Positions 53,338-63,578 of a DNA stretch of 64,000 nt are shown here, piece after piece (within the stretch, counting starts at the first letter, position 1; every line of letters starts with the position of its first letter). A model generated the notes under the pieces. The model was not told the origin of the DNA. It saw only the letters and a list, made by a program, of their open reading frames with translations, and made no database searches. A program made the translations under genes and the position numbers. The stretch comes from an uncultured Mycoplasmatota bacterium (GTDB taxonomy: Bacteria; Bacillota_I; Bacilli_A; RF39; UBA660). The stretch lies in assembly GCA_947571135.1 (NCBI GenBank), contig CANOWY010000005.1:479-64478 (forward strand), written 5' to 3'.

Positions 53338-53652
53338 TTAAATAAACTTATTTGTAAATGGAATACGGAAACGTGTTCTTTTTTCTTGATGTAAATAAGT
53401 ATCTAAAGTCATTGAAATACGACTATGACCCATACTTCTAGATACATAATCAATAGGCATTTTTTCGTGTATCATACGTGTTGCGTAACTATGCCTAAAT
53501 TCATGTTGCGTTATTTCGTATATATTAGCCTTTTCACACGCTTTTTTCTTGTGGCGGTCAATTGTACTGCTAGCAAGTGGTTTTATACCACCAAATACGA
53601 AATAATCACTTTTAAATACACGATATTGTTTTGTATAATATTTTAATTTCCA
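53338..53652 (-). pseudogene. Tyrosine recombinase/integrase C-terminal fragment
   Basis: minus-strand frame encodes HEFRHSYATRMIHEKMPIDYVSRSMGHSRISMTLDTYLH (R-H-R-Y catalytic region) with no N-terminal domain. Confidence 0.6.
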
Positions 53653-53737
53653 TATTTATGTTTTAAGATGTACTATTTTTGTTAAATTATTTTTGCTTTT
53701 TTAGATATTTATCCAAGAGTTTAAATGCTTTCTTTTC

Positions 53738-53908
53738 TTAATTGAAATGTTTTAGTTCTTTGTAGGTGATTTCGTCAAAATGTAATGAATTATTTATACA
53801 TTTTACATGTATTTTAATATTATTTTTTTCCATTCTACATATTTCTAAGGAATCGCCATCTTCCAAAAAGATAGTCGTTAATTTTTCAGATTCTTTTATT
53901 TGTTTCAT
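53738..53908 (-). CDS. Small 56-aa protein divergent from XRE regulator (paralog of frameshifted copy at ~59100-59265)
   Basis: MKQIKESEKLTTIFLEDGDSLEICRMEKNNIKIHVKCINNSLHFDEITYKELKHFN; conserved upstream sequence shared with second copy. Confidence 0.35.
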   Translation of the reverse strand: MKQIKESEKLTTIFLEDGDSLEICRMEKNNIKIHVKCINNSLHFDEITYKELKHFN

Positions 53909-54057
53909 ACGTTTCTACCTCATGAAAATAATAACATAAAAGTTGTATAGTATGCCACTAAATTTTACATAATAAAATGAGAAAATTGGTTTAGTGAATG
54001 GATATGAGAAGAAAGTATAACTTAAAAATAGATATAAAAAAGAATATTTGTCAAAAT

Positions 54058-54267
54058 ATGAAAATCGCTAGAAAATTAAGTGGTTACAGTGTAGATGAGG
54101 CTTCTGAACTATTGGATATAACAAATGAGCATTTAAAAAGAATAGAAGCGCCGAATGTTCCAAATTATATTTCGTTTGAATTACTTTATATTGCTATGGG
54201 TGTGTATAAGAAAGATGCAAATTTTTTCTTTAATAGCCCTAGTGAAAATGAAAAACTTTTAAAATAA
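54058..54267 (+). CDS. XRE-family HTH regulator
   Basis: MKIARKLSGYSVDEASELLDITNEHLKRIE HTH. Confidence 0.5.
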   Translation: MKIARKLSGYSVDEASELLDITNEHLKRIEAPNVPNYISFELLYIAMGVYKKDANFFFNSPSENEKLLK

Positions 54268-54356
54268 AATAGATGTTAAAAATTTCCATAGCAAAATAGC
54301 GAACAAAGGTTTGATTTTGTTTAAAGTTTAAGTTATACTATTCTTGGTGAAGTGTT

Positions 54357-55571
54357 ATGGAATTAAAAGATAAGTTGAAAATTCTTGCAGATAGCGCTAA
54401 ATATGACGCTTCTTGTTCTTCTAGTGGAAGTACAAGGAAAAATAAAAGTGGTTTTGGTAATGTTGCTTTTTCTGGAATTTGTCATTCTTTTGCTTCAGAT
54501 GGAAGATGTATTTCTCTTTTAAAAATTCTTATGACTAATTGTTGTATTTTTGATTGTAAATACTGTTTGAATCGAAAAAGTAATGATATACAAAGGGCAA
54601 TTTTTACTCCTGAAGAAGTGTGTCAAATCACAATGAATTTTTACAGAAGAAATTATATAGAAGGATTATTTTTAAGTTCGGGGATAATAAAAAGTCCTGA
54701 TTATACAATGGAACTTTTAATTCAAACCATTTCTCTTTTACGTAAAAAGTATCATTTTGGGGGATATATTCATGCAAAAGCCATTCCAGGAGCAAGTGAA
54801 AAATTATTAAAAGATTTAGGACTTTTGGTGGATAGGTTGAGTGCTAATGTAGAATTGCCTACCGAAAATGGTTTAAAACTTTTAGCACCAAATAAAAAAG
54901 AAAGTAATGTTTCTAAAATCATGCATTATGTAAATACAAATCAATCTAAAAAATATGTACCTGCTGGACAGAGTACGCAAATGATTATTGGAGCAACCAA
55001 AGAAAGTGATTTAGAAATTATGGAAAAGAGTGCAAATCTATATAGCAACTACCAATTAAAAAGAGTTTTTTATTCTGCTTATATTCCAGTAAATCAAGAT
55101 TCTTTACTTCCTACTTTAGAACATCCTCCCTTAAAGAGAGAAAATCGTCTTTATCAAGCCGACTGGTTGCTTCGTTTTTATAATTTTAAAGTGAAAGACT
55201 TATTAGATGAGAAGAATCCTAATTTTAATATTTTAATTGATCCCAAAGCCGATTGGGCTTTACGCCATTTGAATGAATTTCCAAAAGAAATTAGTAAATG
55301 CTCTTATTATGATTTATTAAAAATTCCTGGTATTGGTGTAAAATCTGCTAAAAGAATTTTATCTTCTCGTCGTGTGTTTAAAATTTCTTTTGAGGACTTA
55401 AAAAAAATGGGTGTTGTTTTAAAAAGAGCCAAGTATTTCATAACTTGCAATGGAAAATATTTTATGAATTACGCTTTTTTTCAAAAGGAATTTATTGAGA
55501 GAAATTTAGTATTAGAAGAAAAAATACCTTTAAATAAAATACATGAACAATTGAGGTTTTTTAATGAATAA
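54357..55571 (+). CDS. Radical-SAM protein with C-terminal helix-hairpin-helix (putative DNA modification/repair rSAM, TIGR03916-like)
   Basis: CIFDCKYC (Cx3Cx2C) cluster, C-terminal LLKIPGIGVKSAKRIL HhH. Confidence 0.8.
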   Translation: MELKDKLKILADSAKYDASCSSSGSTRKNKSGFGNVAFSGICHSFASDGRCISLLKILMTNCCIFDCKYCLNRKSNDIQRAIFTPEEVCQITMNFYRRNYIEGLFLSSGIIKSPDYTMELLIQTISLLRKKYHFGGYIHAKAIPGASEKLLKDLGLLVDRLSANVELPTENGLKLLAPNKKESNVSKIMHYVNTNQSKKYVPAGQSTQMIIGATKESDLEIMEKSANLYSNYQLKRVFYSAYIPVNQDSLLPTLEHPPLKRENRLYQADWLLRFYNFKVKDLLDEKNPNFNILIDPKADWALRHLNEFPKEISKCSYYDLLKIPGIGVKSAKRILSSRRVFKISFEDLKKMGVVLKRAKYFITCNGKYFMNYAFFQKEFIERNLVLEEKIPLNKIHEQLRFFNE

Positions 55572-56313
55572 TGGTTGTTTTATTTATGAGGATACTTTTG
55601 TACATCTTTTGAATTTGATTTTTTATTTAATTCAAAATCATCTAAAGCCCGAGAACATTAAAAATACGATGTATACTCCTAATTTACTCGATCATGTCAT
55701 TGTTTTAAAGATAGAAAAGAATCCAGAAATTATTAGTAAAATTATCACAAGTATGGGCAGTTTTACGTTTCGATCTATTTATTATGTTTTTTTATCCGAT
55801 GTTGATAACAAAGAACTTATTATTTATTATTTGCTTTTAAATGGAGTGAAGTACAAGGAAAAAGTTTTATACCATCGTAATTTAAAGTGTGTTGAAAAAA
55901 CAATAAATATTTCACGTTATGTCCTTCATGAAGTACATAAATATAAAGGATTTCTACGTTTTAAAGAATTAGAAAATCATATTTTATATGCGGAAATAGA
56001 ACCAGAAAATGATATTTTATTTATGGTTTCTCATCATTTTCAAAGAAGACTAAAAAATGAATATTGGATTATTAAAGATGTCAAAAGAAAAATAGTAAGT
56101 ATTTATGATAAGAAAAAATATTATTTAGTTTCAGAGGAAAATTTTAGTTTAGAAACAACAAAATTAAGCCAAAAGGAGATAGAAATGGGAGAGTTGTGGA
56201 AAACTTTTTACAAAACGATTGGGATTAAGGAAAGAAAAAATGACCGTTGTCGAATGAATTTTATGCCGAAGAAATATTGGAAATATATGGTTGAAATGGA
56301 GGATATTTTATGA
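55564..56313 (+). CDS. DUF4130/TIGR03915-like partner of DNA-modification radical-SAM protein
   Basis: 8-nt overlap with rSAM gene; size and composition typical of the conserved partner. Confidence 0.6.
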   Translation: MNNGCFIYEDTFVHLLNLIFYLIQNHLKPENIKNTMYTPNLLDHVIVLKIEKNPEIISKIITSMGSFTFRSIYYVFLSDVDNKELIIYYLLLNGVKYKEKVLYHRNLKCVEKTINISRYVLHEVHKYKGFLRFKELENHILYAEIEPENDILFMVSHHFQRRLKNEYWIIKDVKRKIVSIYDKKKYYLVSEENFSLETTKLSQKEIEMGELWKTFYKTIGIKERKNDRCRMNFMPKKYWKYMVEMEDIL

Positions 56314-57863
56314 AAAAAGTAGTAAGTGGCAAAGAATTACGAGAAAAAATGAAGGAAAGTATAAATTATTTATGTGATATTGTTAGTAATACTTTAGGAC
56401 CAAAAGGAAGTAATGTGATTATTGATCATTCTCTATTTAGTCCTTTTATTACAAACGATGGAGCGACTATTGCGAAAAATATAGAAAGTGAAGATGAAGT
56501 GGTCAATACCATTTTGGAAATTGCAAAAGAAGCCTCTTTAAAAACAAATGTAATTGTTGGAGATGGAACTACAACCACTTTAGTTCTTTTAGAGAGTATT
56601 TTTAATTCAAGTTTGCAATCTATAGAAGATGGGAAGAATCCTATGGTTTTGAAAAGGGAATTAGATGTTTGTTTAGATTTTGTTTTAAAAAATTTAGAGA
56701 AAGAAAAAAGAATACCCAATAAAGAGGATTTTTTCCGTATTGCTTCCATTGCTGCCAATGATGAAAATTTGGGAAAATTAGCGAGTGAGGCTTTTTTAGT
56801 TGTCAAAAATAAAAATGCTATTACCATAGAAGAAATAGAAGAAAATAAATTGAATATTCAGTTTATTAACGGATATAACATTGATACGCAACTTGCAAGT
56901 GATTATTTTTTAAAAGAACAGAAGAGTATAAATTTTTTGCAAGCGAGTGTTTTGATTATTCATGATTATATGAATAGTTTAGAAAATATTGGCTTTGTTT
57001 TAAATGATTGTATGCAAACAAAGAAAAGTTTAATCATTTTTGCAAATGAATATGACGAAAATGTTATAAGAGAAATTGTTTCATTAACTTTGGAGGGTGA
57101 ACTGCATTGTTGTGTTTTAAAATTATCTGAATATGGTATGCACCAAAGAAAGTTAGAAAAAGATTTAGAAGTTCTTACTCATGCAAAAATTATTGAAAAT
57201 TACGAGTATATAACACCAGAAAATATTGGTTTTGCTAAAAATATTTTGGTTACTAATGATTCTGTTCGATTGGATTTTATAAAAGATAGTAATATAAAAA
57301 AATATATATCTTTATTAGAAAGCGAAAGTAAAGAATGTAAAGAGGAATATGAAAAAAATTTTTATCAAAAAAGATTGGCTATGTTTCAGACAGGTCTTGC
57401 AAAAATTGAAATAGGAGCCCCAACGAAAACGGAATGTCATGAAAAGAAAATGCGTTTGGAAGACGCTCTTTGTGCTTTAGAAAGTTGTAAACAGGGGGTT
57501 ATTTTGGGAGGTGGAGTAACACTTTTAAAAATTGCTTCTGACTTAGAAGAACAGTCGGACGTTTCTGGTATTTTTAAAAATGCTTTGAAAGAACCTTTTG
57601 CTAAAATCCTAAGTAATGCAGGTCTTGATTTTTCTTCTATTCAAGAAGATATAAAACAAGCAAATTATCAAAAAATATATAATGTAAAAAAGGAACAATT
57701 AGAAGACATTCAAGATACTTTTGTTTTGGATTCTTTAAAGGTAGTTGCCTCTTCTTTAATAAATGCAACTTCTATTGCTACCATGCTTCTTACTACGACA
57801 AGTTTAGTTATTAATGAATATCAAAATAACATGAGTAAATCAAATGAATATACAGAGATTTAA
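56310..57863 (+). CDS. Divergent GroEL/Cpn60-family chaperonin-like ATPase (no GGM tail)
   Basis: TLGPKGSNVI, ITNDGATIAK, GDGTTTTLVL, RLEDALCAL, VILGGGVTLL match GroEL equatorial/ATP motifs; ATG overlaps upstream stop (ATGA). Confidence 0.8.
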   Translation: MKKVVSGKELREKMKESINYLCDIVSNTLGPKGSNVIIDHSLFSPFITNDGATIAKNIESEDEVVNTILEIAKEASLKTNVIVGDGTTTTLVLLESIFNSSLQSIEDGKNPMVLKRELDVCLDFVLKNLEKEKRIPNKEDFFRIASIAANDENLGKLASEAFLVVKNKNAITIEEIEENKLNIQFINGYNIDTQLASDYFLKEQKSINFLQASVLIIHDYMNSLENIGFVLNDCMQTKKSLIIFANEYDENVIREIVSLTLEGELHCCVLKLSEYGMHQRKLEKDLEVLTHAKIIENYEYITPENIGFAKNILVTNDSVRLDFIKDSNIKKYISLLESESKECKEEYEKNFYQKRLAMFQTGLAKIEIGAPTKTECHEKKMRLEDALCALESCKQGVILGGGVTLLKIASDLEEQSDVSGIFKNALKEPFAKILSNAGLDFSSIQEDIKQANYQKIYNVKKEQLEDIQDTFVLDSLKVVASSLINATSIATMLLTTTSLVINEYQNNMSKSNEYTEI

Positions 57864-57999
57864 GTTTTTATTAATATAATTTTACCATCTCATTGTATGG
57901 GTTGTTTTAATTATTATAAAGCCGAACTTAGTAAAAAATATTTGATGAAATTATATAGATTAAAGTATAATACTTTTATAAATAGTTTAGGTGATTTGA

Positions 58000-58872
58000 A
58001 TGAATGTCAATTTTATTAATAATGTGTTTACCAAAGATGGTTTAAAACTACCAATGGTGCATTTTGAAAGTGAAGCAAAGGACCTATGTGTTATTTGTAT
58101 TCATGGTATGTGTGGAACAATAATTGATAATTATTTTGCAACTGTATGGGGTAAATTTTTAGCAGAAAAAAATATTGGTTTTCTTTATGAGCACAATCGA
58201 GGTCATTCTATTGAAAATGATATTGTAATGAAAGATAGTTCTTTTAAAAGATGTGGGTGTATGTATGAAATTTTTGAAGATTGTTTGCTTGATATTGATT
58301 TAGCAATAGAAACTGCTAGAGAGTTAGGATATAAGAAAATTATTTTACTTGGACACAGTTTTGGGTGTAATAAAGTAATTTATTATTACTATAAAAGGAA
58401 GCCTGATATTTTAGGAATAGTATTAGCAAGTGCTCCCGATATGGTCGGAATCCATATTTCTGTTCAACCAGATTATAAAGAATTACTTAAAGAAGCAAAA
58501 GAAAACATTGATAACAATAAATCAACAAAACTACTACATAAAATGATTGAAGATGATTATATGTATATGAGTTCTGGAACTTATTATAATTGGTATAATG
58601 AAAATTCTATGCTCAATAATTTGCCTGTTATTTCTAATCCAAAACACTGGGAACAATTTGAAAGTATTGATGTACCTATTTTTTCTTTTTCTGGTGGAGA
58701 TGAAGAAGAGTATTATAAACAATTTGAATTGTTAAAAAGGAAAGCCATTTCTTGTCCAACTTTTGAATATAAAATTATACAAAGTACAGGTCATACTTAT
58801 AATTTTAAAGAAAAAGAGATTGGTTCTTTAATTTATAATTGGATTAAGAAAAATTTTATTGATAAGCCATAA
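58000..58872 (+). CDS. Alpha/beta-hydrolase fold protein
   Basis: Nucleophile elbow LLGHSFGCN, C-terminal STGHTY. Confidence 0.6.
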   Translation: MNVNFINNVFTKDGLKLPMVHFESEAKDLCVICIHGMCGTIIDNYFATVWGKFLAEKNIGFLYEHNRGHSIENDIVMKDSSFKRCGCMYEIFEDCLLDIDLAIETARELGYKKIILLGHSFGCNKVIYYYYKRKPDILGIVLASAPDMVGIHISVQPDYKELLKEAKENIDNNKSTKLLHKMIEDDYMYMSSGTYYNWYNENSMLNNLPVISNPKHWEQFESIDVPIFSFSGGDEEEYYKQFELLKRKAISCPTFEYKIIQSTGHTYNFKEKEIGSLIYNWIKKNFIDKP

Positions 58873-59372
58873 TAAATATCCATTCAAAGGATTTAGTGAT
58901 GATTTTATACAAGCAAGAATTATTTTCATTTCTGTATTTATTAAAGAAAATGTATGAAAAAATTTTAAGATTTCTTCCATTTATAATAGAAATAAATACA
59001 TGTGCATTATATGAAATTTTGTCTGCTAATCAGTAGACTTTTTTATTTTGTTATATGTTTTAAGTATTCATTTAAGGATTCTAAGGCTTTTCTTTCGTGG
59101 TTTAATTTTTTTAATTCATGATAAGTTAATTCATCAATAAGAAGAGTATTATGTAGGCATTTTATTTGCATTTTGTTTGTTTTTCTGCCATTTTACACAC
59201 TTCGATAATGTCACCGTCTTCTAAGACAATAGTAGTTAATTTTTCATTTTCTTTATTTGTTTCATATGTTTATACCTCATAAAGATTGTAACATAATTTT
59301 TATTTTTTTATACTCAATTGAAGTACATATTTTTGATATTTTTATTGGAATAATAAATACAGGTGATATGTA

Positions 59373-59615
59373 ATGAACAATAATAAAAATAGTGATGATT
59401 ATTGTTACTATGTAGTACGTGTAAATATTAAAAAGTACCGAAAGTTAGCAAAAATAACATCTCAAGAATTAGCAGACAAAAGTGGCTTTTCTCATCAGTT
59501 TATCAGAAATTTAGAATCTTTAAAATCAGTTTCAAGACCAAGATTAGATACATTAGGTCGAATAGCAAACGCTTTAGAAATAGACATAAGACAATTGTTT
59601 GATGAAATAGAGTAA
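59373..59615 (+). CDS. XRE-family HTH regulator
   Basis: ITSQELADKSGFSHQFIRNLE HTH. Confidence 0.55.
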   Translation: MNNNKNSDDYCYYVVRVNIKKYRKLAKITSQELADKSGFSHQFIRNLESLKSVSRPRLDTLGRIANALEIDIRQLFDEIE

Positions 59616-59775
59616 TTATAAAAAATTTAGACGAAAAAAGTCTTCTTTAAATCAATAACTCTTTTATGGGAAATAATATGCTGTTAAAATTAAAAATTAA
59701 AAAAAGTTTTTGCTTATTTACTTGTTAAAACGAATACACTTATTAAGAAGTATGAAAAAGTAGAGGTTGTGATCC

Positions 59776-60483
59776 ATGATTGATTTTTATGAGTTATTAG
59801 GAATTAAAAAAAGTTCTTCTAAAGAAGAGATAAAAGAAGCGTATCGAAAAATGGTAAAAAAATACCATCCAGATGTGAATAAAAGTGAGGAAGCCAATAA
59901 AATAATTATTAGTTTAAATGAAGCAAAAGAAGTACTTTTAGATGATGAAAAGAGAGTTCATTATGACGAGATGTTAAATTCGATAGAACGTTCTAAACAA
60001 TTTTCGAATGATAAAAAGGAAACTTATAGTGAAAAAACAAGAGAATATAAAGAAACATATGCAGACGTTTATGTTACGAAATGGGAGTTTTTTTTCAATT
60101 ATTTAAAAAATGGGCTTGATAGTGTTTTGAAAAAATATATTAAATCTGTTTTGATCTGTTTTAATTTGTTTGTCTTTACTTGTTTAAAAGGAATTGGGTT
60201 TGGAATTATTTTTTTGCTTACACTTCTTAGTGGTTTAATTGATTACGTCGCTGGTTTTTTTATGATTATGGCTATTTTGTCTTTATTTGTTTTGGCAGGG
60301 CAGACTGGTCTTGATTATATTCCTTTTGTTCCTGCGAATGTAGAGAGTTTTATGTTAATGTCGATAGTTGCTATGGTTATTGAAATGCTAAAAGTATTTA
60401 TTGTTAAGAAATCCTATAATTTATTTGCGATTTTACAAAATATAGAAGATAAGATTTTTATATTTATTTTAATGAAGTTATAA
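59776..60483 (+). CDS. J-domain (DnaJ-like) membrane protein
   Basis: DFYELLGIKKSSSKEEIKEAYRKMVKKYHPDVN with HPD; 3-4 C-terminal TM helices. Confidence 0.7.
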   Translation: MIDFYELLGIKKSSSKEEIKEAYRKMVKKYHPDVNKSEEANKIIISLNEAKEVLLDDEKRVHYDEMLNSIERSKQFSNDKKETYSEKTREYKETYADVYVTKWEFFFNYLKNGLDSVLKKYIKSVLICFNLFVFTCLKGIGFGIIFLLTLLSGLIDYVAGFFMIMAILSLFVLAGQTGLDYIPFVPANVESFMLMSIVAMVIEMLKVFIVKKSYNLFAILQNIEDKIFIFILMKL

Positions 60484-60533
60484 TTAGTAAGGTTTGCTAT
60501 GTTATAATGTTAAATAAGAAAGCGAGTGAAAAA

Positions 60534-61181
60534 ATGAAAATAATCAAATATCCTCAATCTTGTTTGATGGTGGAAACAAAGGGTAAGAAAATTTTAGTAG
60601 ATGCAGGTGGTCTGAAATACCAGACTCATTTTTTAGAAGAGTGGAAAACTGCTGATATTATTTTAATAACACACAAACATGGAGATCATATTAAAAGTGA
60701 TGTTTTAAAAGATTTAGATATTTCAATGTATTCTACTTTAGAAGTGCAAAATGCTTATCCAGAGTTGAGATTTACCATTGTAAAAGAAAATGATTGTATT
60801 CCTTTAGGAGATATAAAAATAGAAGTAGTGAAAGCCATACATGGTTATAATCCTAATCTTAAAAATGGTGGGGAAGTTTTAGAAAATGTAGACTATATTA
60901 TAGATGATGGTGAGCATAGGCTTTACATAACAAGTGATACGATTTGTTTTCCTAATGATTATAAAGCAGATATAGTTGCCCTTCCTGTAACTGCTTATGG
61001 CCTTACGATGTCTTCTTATGAAGCAGCACTATATACAAAAGAATTGGGAGCAAAGTTAGTTTTGCCAATACACATGGATAATGAAAAATATCCAACTGAT
61101 ATAAATTATATGAAAGAAAATTTTGCTAAATTTGATATCAATTACAAAGTTTTAAAGATAGAAGAAACCTTAGAAGTGTAA
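60534..61181 (+). CDS. MBL-fold metallo-hydrolase
   Basis: ITHKHGDHIK (HxHxDH). Confidence 0.7.
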   Translation: MKIIKYPQSCLMVETKGKKILVDAGGLKYQTHFLEEWKTADIILITHKHGDHIKSDVLKDLDISMYSTLEVQNAYPELRFTIVKENDCIPLGDIKIEVVKAIHGYNPNLKNGGEVLENVDYIIDDGEHRLYITSDTICFPNDYKADIVALPVTAYGLTMSSYEAALYTKELGAKLVLPIHMDNEKYPTDINYMKENFAKFDINYKVLKIEETLEV

Positions 61182-61332
61182 TTTATTTGGAGCAAAAAAG
61201 TTGTGAATAGAAAACACAACTTTTTTAATGTTTAAAACAATCGCTGTAAAATTATATTGTAATAGAAAGTATTGTTGATTTTATAAAGCAAATAAAAAAA
61301 ACATCAGTAAAATGCTACTAATGTTTAAATTA

Positions 61333-61791
61333 TTAATTACAAGTATAACCTTCTAGATTTTCATTTTTAAATTCTTCTACTGTCTTATCTTTTGCAGAAT
61401 AAAAAGATTCATCTGTTAAATCGCTACCGAACGCTTCTTTTAATTTATCCATATCAAGTTTAGCGAAATCAACACTCATCGTAAGTTTTATACTTGTTTC
61501 AGATTCTTTAGAATACTTCATATCCATTCCATCAATTTCATTGAATGCAGAACTAAACGTTTCACCAAAAGATATTGTTGAGTCTACTAAATCGGCTTCC
61601 ATTTCTTGTATACTGGTTTGTTCCACTTTAGATACTTTATCGTTTTTAGAAGTAACAATGATAGTTTCTGTTGTTTTATACCCTTCATCATCTGTTTCCG
61701 TTTTAGTACAATTTAAAGTTTTAGTTTTTTCACATCCTGTTGTAAACAACATAACTCCTATAGCACACATTAAAATAACATATTTTTTCAT
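61333..61791 (-). CDS. Lipoprotein
   Basis: Lipobox MLFTTGC after signal peptide. Confidence 0.7.
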   Translation of the reverse strand: MKKYVILMCAIGVMLFTTGCEKTKTLNCTKTETDDEGYKTTETIIVTSKNDKVSKVEQTSIQEMEADLVDSTISFGETFSSAFNEIDGMDMKYSKESETSIKLTMSVDFAKLDMDKLKEAFGSDLTDESFYSAKDKTVEEFKNENLEGYTCN

Positions 61792-62003
61792 AACTCTACT
61801 TCACACCTCCTTTGCTACCTATTTATTAAAACACTATTTTGCTTTAATCTTATAAACTCTAAATCCGCAATGATTTGTTAATTTCATTATATAATATTAA
61901 AAAATTTTGTCAAATAAATAAAATAATTCTATGAAATGAATTCTATTGAAAGAAAGCATAAAAGTGAAAAATAAAGGAAAACTAATGCATATGAGGTATT
62001 ACG

Positions 62004-63416
62004 ATGAACCATTTAAAAAAATATAATGAAAAAAGAAATTTTAATAAAACAAAAGAACCGATCGGAAAGATAGAAACTTCTCCTAATAAGTTAAGATTTT
62101 GCGTGCAACACCATATGGCAAGACGAGAACACTACGATTTTCGACTTGAATGGAAGGGAACTTTAAAAAGTTGGGCAGTACCCAAAGGACCATCTTATAA
62201 TACGATGGACAAGCGCCTTGCTGTTGAAGTAGAAGACCATCCTTTGTCTTATCGTAATTTTGAAGGAACTATTCCAAAAGGAGAATATGGTGGAGGAATA
62301 GTTATGTTATGGGATGAAGGTTTTTGGGAACCCCTTGGAAATCCAACAAAAGACTTTCAAAATGGTTCTATTAAATTTGTCTTATATGGTAGTCGTTTAA
62401 GGGGACGTTGGACCTTAGTTAGATATAAAGAAGATAATTGGTTATTGATTAAAGAAAAAGATAATGTCTTTCTATATAATAATATTGAGGAATACACGAC
62501 GAGTATTAAAACAGGTAGAACGATGGAAGAAATAACAAATGGTACAAAACCAATTCCTAAAAATTCTAAAAAGTTGGGAATTGTAGAGGGTGTGAAAATA
62601 TCAAGTCCAGATAAAGTGATTTTTAAAAATCCGAAAATAACGAAAATGGATATTGTAATGTATTATAAAAAAGTGGCGAAGAGAATGCTTTTTTATACGG
62701 AAAAGAGAATTATAAGTACAATACGTGCTCCAGAGGGTATAAAGGGGGAAATATTTTTTAAGAAACATTTCGAAACCAAAAGTAGTGGATTAGGGAATAT
62801 CACGATTCCAAGTCATAAAGGAAAAAAAGAAGATTATTACTTTTTAAAAGATCTTTCGGGAATTATTAATGAAGTGCAAATGAATAGTTATGAATTTCAT
62901 GTTTGGGGCAGTCGTGTTCCTGCGTATAATAAACCAGATGTTTTGGTATTTGATTTGGATCCCGATAAAGGAATGTCTTTAAAAAAGATTCGTGAAGGAG
63001 TAAAAGATTTAAAAAGTATTTTGGATGAAATTGGGTTGGTTTCCTTTTTGAAAACAAGTGGAGGCAAAGGATACCATGTTGTGGTACCAACACATAAATT
63101 AAAGACATGGGAGAATGCGCGAGATTTTTCTCAAAATATTGCAAAGTTAATGGAAGTTAAATGGCCTGATAAGTATACAAGCAATATAAGAAAAGAAGCA
63201 CGTAAAGGGAAAATTTTTATTGATTGGATTCGTAATACAAAAGGAGCAACAAGTGTTGCACCCTATTCTTTACGTGTTAGAGAAAAATCAAGAATTTCAA
63301 TGCCAATCAAATGGAGTGAACTTGATAAAGTAAAACCAGATGGTATTACGATGGATATGGCGATAAAAAGATTAAAAAGAAAAGATCCTTGGGAAGGATT
63401 TTATGATGTGAATTAA
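62004..63416 (+). CDS. LigD-type 3'-phosphoesterase + primase/polymerase domain protein (no ligase domain)
   Basis: PE domain HYDFRLE...SWAVPKGPS; Pol domain VLVFDLDPD...KTSGGKGYHVVVP. Confidence 0.7.
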   Translation: MNHLKKYNEKRNFNKTKEPIGKIETSPNKLRFCVQHHMARREHYDFRLEWKGTLKSWAVPKGPSYNTMDKRLAVEVEDHPLSYRNFEGTIPKGEYGGGIVMLWDEGFWEPLGNPTKDFQNGSIKFVLYGSRLRGRWTLVRYKEDNWLLIKEKDNVFLYNNIEEYTTSIKTGRTMEEITNGTKPIPKNSKKLGIVEGVKISSPDKVIFKNPKITKMDIVMYYKKVAKRMLFYTEKRIISTIRAPEGIKGEIFFKKHFETKSSGLGNITIPSHKGKKEDYYFLKDLSGIINEVQMNSYEFHVWGSRVPAYNKPDVLVFDLDPDKGMSLKKIREGVKDLKSILDEIGLVSFLKTSGGKGYHVVVPTHKLKTWENARDFSQNIAKLMEVKWPDKYTSNIRKEARKGKIFIDWIRNTKGATSVAPYSLRVREKSRISMPIKWSELDKVKPDGITMDMAIKRLKRKDPWEGFYDVN

Positions 63417-63578
63417 ATTATCTAAATATTGTGCCTTGTAAATCTTCAAAATTATCATCGAAAGTATCTTGGTCTTTATTTTCAGGATGAACTGCATAGT
63501 ATTCTTGCTTTATTTTTTCTAGTTTTTGATTTAATTATAAAGAAAATGCTATAATAGAAAAAATGTTGGTGGTAGCAA

